NCBI RefSeq assembly: GCF_009914755.1
Contig: NC_060935.1
Length of the DNA: 64,000 nt
Direction: 5' to 3' (one strand)
DNA from: the human T2T-CHM13v2.0 reference genome, Homo sapiens
A model generated the notes under the pieces. It was not told where the DNA came from, did no database searches, and worked only from the letters and a program-made list of their open reading frames with translations. Within the stretch, counting starts at the first letter, position 1. Every line of letters begins with the position of its first letter. Position numbers and translations under genes: made by a program. Positions 13,097 through 27,539 of this stretch are shown here, piece after piece.

Positions 13097-14316
13097 GTAT
13101 GCAGTTTCTAAGTGAATAAATTGAAAAAAAAAACCTTGCTTCTTTTCATGCTCTAATTTTTACTATACTGAAGGTTTATGATGTGGTTGTAAAAATCTAT
13201 TTTATGGCTTGAAAAGAAATACTATGTCTTGCTGATTTTTTTTAACTTTAGTAGACAGGTTTATGTTGTGTATAGTTCGTCCCATAACTTTTTGTTCATA
13301 TAGTTTTTCTAACTTTAGTTTTAATCTTAAAAGGTTTACACAATACGTCTTTGCTATAGCACTTAAAAAAATCATATAAAGAAATACATGTTAACTTCCA
13401 AGGAAGAATGCCTTGAGGGTAGGAGATCAGAATATAGAATTCCAGCAGCCTGTCCATGATCCCATAGCAATGCTTAATAATTTCCCAGGCAGTTCCTATC
13501 AGTAGCTGTGTGGCTCCTGCAAAGCAAGACTCCAGGCTAAATCACTCTCTCCTCATGGGGCATCAACTAATACCTTCCTTACTTAACAGGGAAAGGCTTC
13601 CTGATGCCAGGCACTACAATCTCATAGGGTTACACCCTTGATAAGAATGTAACCCAGGCACTGCATTTCTTCACTATTTAAATACTACAGGAAACAATCC
13701 ATCCAGTGAAATAGACTACCCAGAAAAAGCATATATGAGCCATTGGAATGAATTTTACTTTTCCCACTTTGATTTTTTCCTAAACTGGTTCAGGGATGTT
13801 TGTAATGTAAAGAAAGATACTCACTCATTGTCTTTCCAAAGCGGGCAGAAGCCCAAGTGTGTTTTCTATTCCCCATTTAAATTTAAATTCTCAAAGCATA
13901 ACTTAAGAGAAACACCAAAGATCTCAGGAATCTTGGAGCCCACCATTTACATATCAGCTAAATGTAATACATCCTAAAGTGATTTGTTGAATTATGAATA
14001 TTTGCAGTTGAAATTTCTCCACATTACAACAAATCCATCCAAAATAGTTACAGGATTCTTCCTTTCAATCTCCTTCATTCTAACCAATCAAATGTTAATG
14101 AACTTTCTTGTCAACTCACAGTATAATAGCACTGAATTAAAAGGCTGATTCACCCTTCACCTAGTTAGTAGCCCTGAAACATTTCTCAAACCCTTATCAT
14201 TCACAAGAAATATTTTCAAAATTACTTTTTGTAAATTCTATTCCCAGGAGGCAAAAAAAAAAAAAAAAAAAAAGTTACTTGCAACTATCTCCTCATAAAT
14301 TTCTTTAGCTTTTTAA

Positions 14317-14729
<413 letters not shown>

Positions 14730-15383
14730 TAATATCAGATTGGTAAAAGTAAATGTCACAGATACTGTGGACTTGTAGACATCTTTCAGGTTCTCTTTTA
14801 GATTCAAAAGTGTTTTGATCTAAATTATAGTATACACAGTATTTATGAATGAATGATCAAACCTAAGTGAAAAATTACAAGTAAAATTGCTAATTGAAAT
14901 TCAAATAATTCAATTTTAAAAATTAATTTTTAAACAATGTATTATATAAAACATTTAATGTTTTATAATATTAAAGTAATATACAGAATAAATTAAGATT
15001 CGTAGATGGGAAATGGAAGACACAGGATTGTCTTTTTCGCAGGTCACCTCCATCTTACCAAAGGAAGGTCAAATGGACTCTGTCAGTTAGCCTTTTGCTC
15101 TTTTGCCAAGGTCATTCACTAGTCTTTCATAATTGAAGTTGGTAATCATAATTAGAACATGTCATTTTTTGAAATAGCCTTTACCTGTAGATCCCATATT
15201 GTATGAAATCACCTGCTAATGTACTAAGGTACATATTAATTAATAATAAGTAAAATTTTGAGCTACTGCCTTTTTCATGTGTAGATATACTATGATTTTA
15301 TGAGAAATGCCTCCCAGAAGAAAAAGTTACAAGATCTTCATGAATCACCCATTAGAGATTATTGTCATTGCTTCTGGTAGAAA

Positions 15384-15388
15384 CTAAC
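15384..15388 (+). promoter_or_regulatory. Consensus branch point (CTAAC) for the 15406 exon
   Basis: aaaCTAACat; branch A at 15387, 19 nt before the exon, followed by a U-rich tract. Confidence 0.7.
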
Positions 15389-15405
15389 ATTTGCTTTTTT
15401 AATAG

Positions 15406-15556
15406 CTTCAGCTCCCACTTTTGCACTGAATCAACTGAAGAAAACAATAATTGTTACCAAAGACCAAGAAGTTGTCATAGAGTGCAAACCCCAAGGCTCT
15501 CCAAAACCAACCATCTCTTGGAAGAAAGGAGACAGAGCAGTTAGAGAAAACAAAAG
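15406..15556 (+). CDS. CNTN5: Contactin-5 internal coding exon (151 nt, phase 1 to 2), N-terminal half of the following Ig domain (probably Ig5)
   Basis: Acceptor ttgcttttttaatAG, donor AAG|GTTAGA. G|CT gives Ala, then [49 protein letters not shown]. The ORF track shows a different frame here. Confidence 0.95.
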
Positions 15557-16579
15557 GTTAGAATCTATTTTATAATTCAAGTTCAACATTAGACTTTTTT
15601 GAGGTTACAGGTGACACACACAAACTATGCAAGAAAGAGTCTTGCAGTACCGTGAGACGTATTTTATGAACTGATTGAAACATGGTTTTGCCTATATAGT
15701 GATTTTAAAAGAACCCAAAGTTTGACTTCAAAATGGTCAGTCTTCTTTGACTCCATGGGGTTTTAGCATAAGTTGGATATTTCACTAGGTTTTGAAGAAA
15801 GTACTCTTTAATTAAACTAATTATTTTTGTTTGTTTTTCATCTTGCTTCTGCATTTAGGAGGTCTACAAATCATCTGTGATAATTTTTAAGCATTGTGTT
15901 TTAATTTGATTTTAATACAAATGATAAAAACATATGTGAATCTTCTGGATAATCATGACAGAATACTTTCATGTGATATTTATGCCAATGCTTGTCTTTT
16001 TATCCAGGTCATATTTAGGCAAAATAGTATAGGATTATTTTTAGTGCCATAGGCAAATGAGAAGTGAGCAGAGGAATATTTAATATGTAAACATTTGTCT
16101 TTGGCAACTAAAGCCAAAGGATATCACAGGAGTACAAATGGAGAAAAAATCATGAGGGAATCAAATCATCACATGGCAATCTATTTGTACCAAATTCAAA
16201 TGTTCCATGTCCTACTATTATTGATATATTGGTATTACAAATGGTGATTCAACTTTGACAAAATAGTATCCTCTATTATGTCAAAATAATATTGTACTGT
16301 ATTAGATTTTGTTTAATTGATCTAGAAGTATAAGGAGTTTATGACTTGTTTTATGTTTGTCCCAATCTACATAAAATATAATTAAAATAATTTAAGTCTG
16401 CATTAGCGGTTCACTTGAATAATTTCTTAAGTAACAGTGAAACATTTTGAAAAATTTTTAAAAATAGAGTATTTTTGTTTTCCATCAAATCTGAGGGACA
16501 CTGATTTAAATAGTCTATTTCAGATTAAACAATTTTTGGAATTACTGGCTTCAGCTTAGACCCAAAGATCTATGCTTCT

Positions 16580-17222
16580 TGGAAAGGGTGATCACCTGGG
16601 ATTGGGATGGGTCGTCGTTGGCACTCTTACACCAAAAGACCTATCATAAGGGTCAAGGCTGTCATTCAAAACAAAAGACAGGCTAACAAGAGAAAAACAT
16701 AACACATTTATTTAATCAAAGTTTTGTGTGACACAGGGGCCTTCAGAAATGAAGACCCAAAGACTTAGAGAAAACTCTTTTTATGCTTAGGTTCAGTGAA
16801 GAATAGAGAGCCGTGTAGAAATATGATTGGACAAAAAGTATGTGATCTAATGGTTATAGACTGAGAGGGGAAATCCACCAAGGCCTATGTGTTCAGATTC
16901 TTCTTGGCCATTTTGTGTGGTATTCCTTTCCTCCAGGTGTAGGACAAATCACCTGTCACATGAGACAATTCAAGGGAGAAGGGAGAAGGTCAATCTTTCT
17001 AGGTTTTATAGTTTGCTTTGACGAAGGGAAGTTATAGTTTCTATGATCTGCCTTGGGGGAGAGAATTCTGGTTTCTATCATTCTCTTCAGTAGAGAAAGA
17101 GGAGTTTGAAACGGACAGATGGGAGAAGATCAAAAATATCCTGCTTCCAAGGTCCTTTCAGTCTTCTTCAGGTCAAGGTACTCTGTGCCATATTCTGGGG
17201 TATCATGTTCTGAGCCCCAACA
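16580..17222 (-). mobile_element. MER39-like ERV1 solo LTR
   Basis: Minus strand begins TGTTGGGGCTCAGAACATGATACCCCAGAATATGGC, a MER39-type start; minus-strand CCAAT near 16826 and AATAAA near 16707. Confidence 0.7.
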
Positions 17223-18801
17223 TCGTACAACTTGTTTTAAAAAGAATTTCTCATTCTTAGGTTGGGGGGCGGGTAGCAAATGACAAATTGTGAGATCATT
17301 GTTGCCTATGACAGAATTGATCAGATAGTGATTGAATATTAGTGGATTTTTGCTCACAACACTATGATTTTTAAAAAACTGCACAAACCTAATTAAAGTA
17401 GAAGAAAATTGTTTTGTTGCATAGTAAGAACAAATAATTTACACTGCTAGGTTATTTTTTCTGGACGTATTAAAAAGCTTACAGTGTCATTAAAATATAT
17501 ATGCCTTATCTACGCAAAACATTCTATCCGAAATGCATGACTTTGTTTTATGTTTCTGGGTGGCATGTGAGTTTTGTCCTATTTATTTCAGTTCACAATA
17601 AGAATGTTCTTCATCAACTGTTGAAAAATGACACATGGTGAGTTTAAAAAATTAGGGTGGAACCTCTTTTACCAAAGCAAAAGTATTGAGAGAAGTAACA
17701 GGATTATGAGTATTCTATTACAACAACATAAGCTTACTAAATTTTTTATTTTTCAGATGTTGAAAAATACAGTTTGTGAATTTTTCAACTTTCTTGTTTC
17801 TCTTCCTTTCTTTACTGCTAACCCTTGGGGTTAGTGAGAAAGATACATTGACCTGAAACTCAGATCACTCAATTTTTTCTAGATGTCAATACTTCCAGTC
17901 AAAGTGTTGTTTAGGAAGAAGGCTAAAATGTAATTTTTTTTTTAAATTTATTCAAGTAAAAGCAAGGCTCAGCCACATTTCCTTAGCATTCTGCCTACCT
18001 TGATCTACATGTTTTAGGTCAATAAACTGGCTTTATTGAATAACAAAGCCCAGACATATATTGCATTTTTATTCTTAATATTGACAGGCACACTTACAAA
18101 ATACCATTTTTATTATTGAATGACTTGTTACCATATCTGGCAGCCCTAGGTTTTAAGAAGAAAAATGTAGTTCACTACAAAAAATAATAACACTTAATAT
18201 TAAATAAGAGGCTAAGATTTCAACAGCAATAGGCAGAATTCCATAATATAAGAAGACACATAGTTGAAAAATTGTACATTCTAAAATTATGACTAGAAAC
18301 TTAACAATGTCAAATGCCTATATTTTACATTCTTTAAAAGAAGTCTCAGTTACAATGACAACTTATTTTCTTGAGGAAATTTTAGATTGCTTTTCTGTTA
18401 TAATGCACACCAACCATTTGATTACAGCTCTAAATATAAATTTAAATGGAAACAGAGGTGTTAGAAAACTGTTAAGACTTCAAAAAGTTTGTGTCATTTT
18501 TTAATTTATAACTTACATTGGGTGTGGAGATTCAAATCATGGCTTATTTTATTGGAATATAAATATAAATATCACTCATATGATCTACATCAAATATGTG
18601 CCCCACTCATCCAACCTACAACAATTGAGACAAAAATGTTGAATGAGTTAGTGTTGTCCTTCAATAAAAATTTTGTTGTTTTGGGTTCATTCCAAAGAAC
18701 TATTGAAACAGCAAATGGCAGTTTCTGTATAAGAAATAAATAATAATATTATATTGGGGAAAAGGAATTAACATAATAGTATATTATGAAAGAGACATTC
18801 A

Positions 18802-19173
<372 letters not shown>

Positions 19174-20037
19174 TTATGTCCAGAGCAATGGCATAAAAAT
19201 GTAATATATAGTCTTAATTGCAGGAAAATATAATCTAATCATCTGAAAATATGTCAGAAAATCTCAAAGGTAAATTTAATTTAGCATTACTTAAATTTAA
19301 CTCTAAATTGTAAATAAAATGATTGAAAATGATAGAACAACTGAAGGTTATAGTTCGTCATTTGTCAACAGAGTGCCAAATAACCATTTGGCTCATTTTT
19401 TTCTACCACGTTTTGAGTAAATCTGCCAGGTTTAGTTTTCTTTGTTTTCTTGAAGGTCAGTGTCTTCAAAACACAGTATTTTTTATGTGTATATATTTTG
19501 CTAAGGAAATTTAGAAATCATTATTCTAAAGTTGAAAATTTGATAACTAGAAAATAATATGACTTTTAGAAAAAAATATGATTAACAAATTAGCTGCCTG
19601 CTTATATATTACCAAACATTTCATTCATTTGGCCCTAAATGATACAACTAAAATATACAAGAAAATGGATTACATCAGAGCTAAGATTTGTTTACATTTG
19701 TTTGTTATTTATATCACAGAATGATCAATATGAACTCCCTTCAGATAGTAAATCACATTATTACTAATAATGATGATGACTGCTTATGAGTTCGTAGCGT
19801 TTATGATTTGCAAAGCACTTTAACGTTGTTGGTAAAAGTATAAACCAGTGTATGAAAAGAGGACTTACTTGCTCTGCTTATCCTGCAGATTATGAGGTTT
19901 CAGTAAGTTACCTAATTTATTATCTTACTAAATTAAAAGAGTAAGCTGATTGGGTTGTGAGAATTAAATGAAATTTTACGTGTAAAATACATTGCCTAGT
20001 GTATGACATCTACTCAGTACTCAGTGAATGTTATGTA

Positions 20038-20106
20038 TAATGATAATGATACTGATGACGATGATGATGGTGGTGGTGGTGGTAATGGTGATAGTGATAA
20101 TGATGG
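20038..20106. repeat. Mixed (GAT/GGT/AAT)n trinucleotide repeat
   Basis: tgataatgat...gatgatgatggtggtggtggtggtaatggtgatagtgataatgatgg. Confidence 0.8.
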
Positions 20107-20110
20107 TATC

Positions 20111-20488
20111 TGTATCAAGCCATTTTCCTACTCCTATAAAGTACTGCCCAAGACTGGGTAATTTATAAAGGAAAGAGGTTTGATTGACTCACAGTTCAGC
20201 ATGGCTGGGGAGGCCTCAGGAAACGTACAATCATGGCGTAAGGCAAAGCAGGTGCAAGGAACCTTCTTCACAAGGAGGCAGGAAGGAGAAGTGCCAAGGA
20301 AAGGGGGAAGAGTGCCTTATAAAACCATCAGATCTATGAGAACTCATTCCCTATCACGAGAACAGCGTGCGGAATACCACTCCCGTGATTCAGTTACCTC
20401 TACCTGATCTCTCCCTTGACATATAGGGATTATGGGGATTATAATTCAAGATGAGATTTGGGTGGGGACACAAAGCCTAACCGTATTA
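20111..20488 (-). mobile_element. THE1D-like MaLR solo LTR
   Basis: gactgggtaatttataaaggaaagagg...attcaagatgagatttgggtggggacacaaagcctaacc. Confidence 0.85.
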
Positions 20489-23400
20489 ATATAATTTGTA
20501 CCTTTGAATCTTAGAATACTGGCATCCATTTCTGTTATCAGTAGTCTGGAAATGCTTACCATTCTCCTTTCTTTCTCCAGTCATTAAGGAAAAGAATACC
20601 TAAGATTTGTTTCCAAGGACTAAAGGAGTCTTTTACATCTTTTATGTCATAAATTTGTTATTCATCAATCTATGTCCGCAAATCACTATTCTTTGTTCAT
20701 CAGAGCCCCAAACCTGTCGTCATTTATTCCTGGCATTGAAAATCTCATCTCCCTTACCTATTTCTAGCTCAATGTCTTTGGAATAGGTTCCTGTCCTAGC
20801 CGACCAAATATTTACTTGTTCCATTAACATTTTATAGGCCATGTGCAAATAGACAAATAGACATGGGGAGTTAATGGAAATAGAAATGAAGTATTTTAAA
20901 GACTTTTTTTTTCACTGTTTTTCTTTAAGGGCTCTCCAGGTTTTCCCCCCATCACTTTCACTTTTGAAGATTACTGGCACACAGTCACTTAGGTTCCTGT
21001 ATCAATCATTTCCCTTTTCATACTGAAACTAATAAACTCCAGAAGTACTAGTAAGTAAAATATTCCACAGGGATTTTCTCCTCTAGCAGACCTTCATTCA
21101 GAATGTTCTGCTCATCAAACTCATATTGGATTTTCACTCCAGCTCATTATTTCCATTACTTGGCCATTAACTTTTGTTAAAATATAATCATCCAGAAGCA
21201 CTCCAGCAGTGCACAAATATTAAGTCTTCATTATTACATGTTCAATTTCCTGTACTTTTTGTGGACAAAGACAATCTTAGCTAAAATGAAGAATACATAG
21301 TTTTTGATAAAGGTATAGTTTATTTTGTTTCCTTTCCATAAGTGCATATATAAACTGTTGTTGAACCTCATAGAATGTCATATATGTTTAAAATTATTCA
21401 CAATTATTGAAATTTCAACATATTTTAAGCACTAGTTTTTATGCCCAGGCAGAGTAAGGTAACAGTTATGAAGATAATGGACTATAATTCAAACTGGTGC
21501 TTAAGAAATCCTGCATACAAAAAAAATAAAATTATCCTATGGAGGTGCAGTATTATAGAATAATTTTTCTTTTATGGGACTGTAATCTAAGCAAAGACTT
21601 GTCCAAAATCTGACATAATGGCCCCCTGCTCACTAAAGGAGCTTCAGAAAGGCAAAATTTTCAACTTATTTAACACGCATAGAAAATTGCACTAGAAATA
21701 CCCATTATTTGACTTCTAGTGGGAATTCATGTTGTGTTTATTAGGCAACAATGATGAAGCTCACATACTGACTCAGAGACATATGGGAAAATCTGTTCTT
21801 AACAAAAGCCCTAAAGGACACTGTTGCTGAGAAGAAAGCAAGGTCTTCTTATTTTATCTATGGAAGAAGAATTCATGGGTATAATTAGGGCCCTGTTTTT
21901 GTCCCTTTGTTTCCACCTACATGCTGGGTTTGCTAATGAACAAGCTGTTTTGTTGTTTCCTCTGTGACAGTGTCTTTTACATATTAAGAACGTAAAACAA
22001 TATAAACTTTAAGTATCTGGGTTTTCCTTAGTGTGTAAGAAATTGTATAATGAAGGAAAATTAGCATTCATAAATCAAGAATGTACAATTTGAATTTATA
22101 TGTGAATTAATATCTATGTTTTCAAAAGAAATAAAATGATTAAATGGCATTGTTTACCTAAAGGAAGAAAGGTTTATATCTGAATTTATAAGATTTAGTA
22201 ACTATAAACTGCTTACTATATAAGATGCCTTAGTACTCAGGGATGGTTTCTTGCTGTTTCCTATCCATGAACTTAAGGGGATGAGAAGGAAATGGCCTTA
22301 CATTCATTATGATGAGATTAAGATACTGACTTCCTGATTTCAGTGAAAGCTAACTGCACAAGACTCTGCCTGAGTCACCTTCTTCATCTTTTCCTTAGAA
22401 TGCTAATTTTTTATTAGAAAAAATTTTAAAATATAAAGCATTAGCATTTTATTATATTTTATTAGAAAAATATAAAAGGAAAGAAAACACAGTCATAGCA
22501 GCATTGGAAATTAAGAATATATAGCATTGGAAATTAAGAATTGTTGACTTCTGGGAGGAATCACCGTTTCATATAGAAATGAGCTAAATTAAGAATTTAT
22601 CAATGAGTTGTTGAAAGCTAGACCTCTGAAACTTTAATGAAGTCAATTAAGAAACCAGCAGAGGAAAAATTTTACTCACTTCTACTTTATGTCCATATCT
22701 ACTAAATTCAGAAATTGCATCTTACTACAGAAGCTGGCTTGAACCTCCCTCCCACCTGCAAGGTGGTAAGATGCTATGTCCGTATTCCACCCCATCTGAA
22801 CTAATCCAACACTTTTTGGACATTATGAATCCAGCAATGGGGTGAGAGAGGACATAAATCTTAGGATTTCAAGTGATTAGCAAATAAAGCATAATGTCAA
22901 CAAATGGTGATACTGAGGAAAAATTGAAATTCATGGATTCTGGAAATTATGTAATTCCGTGTACTACTTCTAGCAAAAGAAGGACTATATACCGTTTCTA
23001 ATTTTTCAGGAGTAAATTTACCTCTAGATACGACTAAGGACTAGAAAATGGAAATTGACAAACATCTCACCTCAGTCCAGTTGAGCTTCATTATAGCCTT
23101 AGTAGACCTTGAGCGTTTGACTACAGCTGTGTACCTAACTGACCTCGAGATTAATATTTGGGGAACAGATTCTGGAGCACTGAGAGAAAAAAGAGACAAA
23201 TAAAACTGAAAATATTGCCAATTGGCAAAAATAGGCCTATAGACATAGGAGCACAAGAGAGTTTAAAGCACAAACACACATTAAGCATGACAGTTAACTG
23301 ATAGTCATAAATTTGGTAACAAGATGTCAAGCAAATATAAAAAGAATCATCATCATGCTTAAGTACAATACAAAAAAATTGTGTGTGTATGGGTGTGTGT

Positions 23401-23537
23401 ACAAATAAGTTAATAAATATCAGGAGTTGCAAAGCAAAAAGCTGAAAGCATTCTAAATCATGGTGGCAACGCAAGTAAATATAGTCATAGTCCATATAGG
23501 AAAAATTAAAGATTTACAAAAAACAGATATATTGTAG

Positions 23538-23852
<315 letters not shown>

Positions 23853-24084
23853 CCACTGTGGGCTTTTTTAATTACATTTTTGATGAGTACTTAAGGACAA
23901 TGAGAAAATAATGGTATATTATCAGTGGAAGAAATCATTGAACACGGTAGAAATTTCATTTGAAGAGAAAATGTCTGCATGGACACAAATACATTAAAAA
24001 TACTGGAAATAAATGCAGCTAATTGTTCACAGGTTATCTCTGAGAAGAGGATTATAGATAATTTTCAACGCCACTTTATGCATT

Positions 24085-24803
<719 letters not shown>

Positions 24804-26107
24804 TCCATATTTCTAAGCTTGGTCTCTTTAAGAGAATTAATAACCCAAAATAATGCAAATTTATTGAATAACAGTGTACTCACACTCTGCCAAATAGTTG
24901 AATGAGAATGGGAAAAAAATTCTCACATTTTCAAATAATTCCATTTTCAACAGTATGTTTACATAGTATAACGATGATCACAAATATCTAAATTAATGGC
25001 ATCCACTTAAACACAGAAGATCAGAAGATAAACACTTCAGGAACTCTCAAAATATCAGTTCCTAATATTTTCCAAATTTAGGGTGATGGAAAACCTAAAC
25101 ACTCCTCTTTAAAGTCCTTCAAATATTTTCTTTTTCTTGACCACTCCACCAGTTTGTTTCTAGATTTCACTTTTTTCTTAATTGTTGAATATAATAAAAT
25201 AAGTCTCAACTCCCAACGAGAGATAACACTGAGAAACTCAGTTAATTTAAGCTGTAAATGACAACAGAACAAGTCTGTTTGTACTATGAGCACCTCCAGT
25301 TTTTGACTTTACATGTTACATCTCTAGCTAATTACCAGTTTAGGAAACAGTTTATGAATTCTACTTCTAACCATGGTTCATTTACCCCAGTTACTATAAA
25401 TTGCTTCACAAGTTGCCTGGTTGTGCTCTCCACATAAGCACAACTTGAACAAGCCATTAATTGCTCACAGGTTTTTCTTTTCCAAAAGCCCCCCAGACTA
25501 CAACTTTCAGCTTAATTTGTCCTTAATACAAACAGCATCTAAAATACTTGGGAATTCAAGCATCTAAGTATATGCTCCTAACTGATTCGACTACCTCCCC
25601 AAGTGACTCTTCAGTGAATATAAAATGGTGAGGAGAGAAGATTCTGAGGCTGCTTAGAAAAAAAGCATTGTACGGTCGAGATTTTTAGCATCCTCTGAGA
25701 ATTACATAGTCACTTCTTTTCAGATTTTGCATAAATCACGATGTAATTTAACTTTGGTTAATTTATAATGAGAATTAGAGGTTTGGTTACAAATTAAAGC
25801 ATAGTACAATGATAACCTTGACTACAAATGGAAAGAAACTGTACATCATTTCCATGAAATATAACATATACAGATGTTATCATTTGCATGCTTACATCTC
25901 TGTGTTCCAATGACAGTGTGGTTTCTGAAAAAAAAAGAGGTAGGTAGGTAGGTAAGTAGGGAGATAGATTGATAGTTAATAAAATACCTATACATTTTAA
26001 GATGATTACTATGTTATTAGTTAATAGCTGGAGTTTTCAAGATACCAATATGATTTTGTTCCTCTTTCTTTCCAGTTGCAAATGGTAGCTCTACTTCTCC
26101 TTTTCCT

Positions 26108-26652
26108 TAATGGAGAGAGAAAACCTTTCTTTCTCTACCCTCTGAAGGTTCAGTAACTGAGTCTATGAAATATAAACCGACAGTAGACAGATTAATAAGA
26201 CAAAATGCATACAAATTGATTGTGTGCACAGGGGCATCACAGAAAGAAAAGTGAGTACCCAGTAACCCAATGAAGTTTAGAAGCTTATATATCCTTTTCA
26301 TAGAAGAGAGGGGTGGTGGGATATAGGCCACTTAAGGGGGAGTAAATAATTTTGGGGAGAGAATGAATAGGCCCAAAGAGCACGTGGTAACCAGTGAGAA
26401 ATTCTGTCTGGGTGTGGCGTTAACTTCCGGTCTTTTTTTCTGGGATATGTGTCAATTTCCCACAATGATGAGTTTCCTGGGGAGGAGATCCAGGATGAAT
26501 TGAATTTTTTCTGGAGTATCTGGTATCAAAACAATAAGAAAAATTCAGAAAAAACCTCTGCCTGCTGCTGCTGGTCCCCAGGTGCCTTCAATTTAAAGTA
26601 ATCAGCACAACAAAACTTCATATTTTGGGATAACATTCCCAAAACTCCTTCA
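26108..26652 (-). mobile_element. MER34-family ERV1 solo LTR
   Basis: Minus strand begins TGAAGGAGTTTTGGGAATGTTATCCCAAAATATG; carries the agacagattaataagacaaaatgcatacaaatt block shared with the related LTRs in this window. Confidence 0.65.
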
Positions 26653-27539
26653 CCCTCATGCAGCAGACACATGGTCTATGAACAGTTATATTCAATTCAA
26701 TTTATTTCCATAAAAACTAAACTTTCTTCAACATATACTGTATATAAGACACTATGCCAGTTCATACCAAGATAAGTAAGAGAGAATCCCATCTCCCAAG
26801 GAGGCACCTGTCTGGTGGAAAATAAAACTAATATAGACACCTATAAAATAGGATAAACTAAGGTAATAATAAAAATAGGACTGACTGAGCATTGGGTATT
26901 TTTATATTGCATTACTTTATTAAAGTCCTCAAAATAAGATACGATTTTAAATAATATAATCCTGATTATAAATAATTAAATCATAGAGAGACTGCCTAAG
27001 CACACACACTCGTAACAAGTAACAGAGCCAAAATGAGAGCGTCCTAATTCTGTTTGAATCTAAAACCTGTTCTCAGTCTACTGTACCATACAAAAAACTT
27101 TGAGAGTTAAGAAAGAAGAAAATAAAATCTAGATAAAAGATAAGCTTCCTGGGGGAACTGCCATTGAAGTGGTCTTGGAATAGGATTTTAACACAGAGGG
27201 ACAGAGTATATTTTAGGAAGAGACTTCAGAATTTGCAAAAATAGTTATGAATTCAGGACACTTTTGGGAAAGTAAATACTAATATTTGTCCAGGGTATAG
27301 ACTATGTATCAAAATGAAAAATCTGCTGAAACAATTGAATAGCTGAAGACAAATAAAGAAGAACTTGAATGCACAGATTGAGTTCAAGCTTAACTTAGTA
27401 GCCAAGAGGTAGTCTTTGAAAGACTCAGTTCACATCTTTTTGAATTAATATCTTTTATTTAATTTTTTAAATTATATTTATTTTATAGAAAAATGCCCAC
27501 TAATTACTCTGTCTACCAAAGAGAAAAGAATTAAAGTTA

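Noticed and set aside
13627-13655. 8-bp inverted repeat gggttaca...tgtaaccc
   Set aside because: Too short; no tRNA, snoRNA or miRNA features.
14945-14967. 23-bp AT-rich palindrome tataaaacatt-t-aatgttttata
   Set aside because: Short and nearly all A/T; plausible by chance.
15362-15544. 60-aa ORF over the fourth exon
   Set aside because: Wrong frame; the Ig-coding frame is the one continuous with the previous exon.
23041-23495. Minus-strand ORFs of 114 and 71 aa in non-repeat DNA
   Set aside because: Composition reflects AT-rich noise; no recognisable domain or gene structure.
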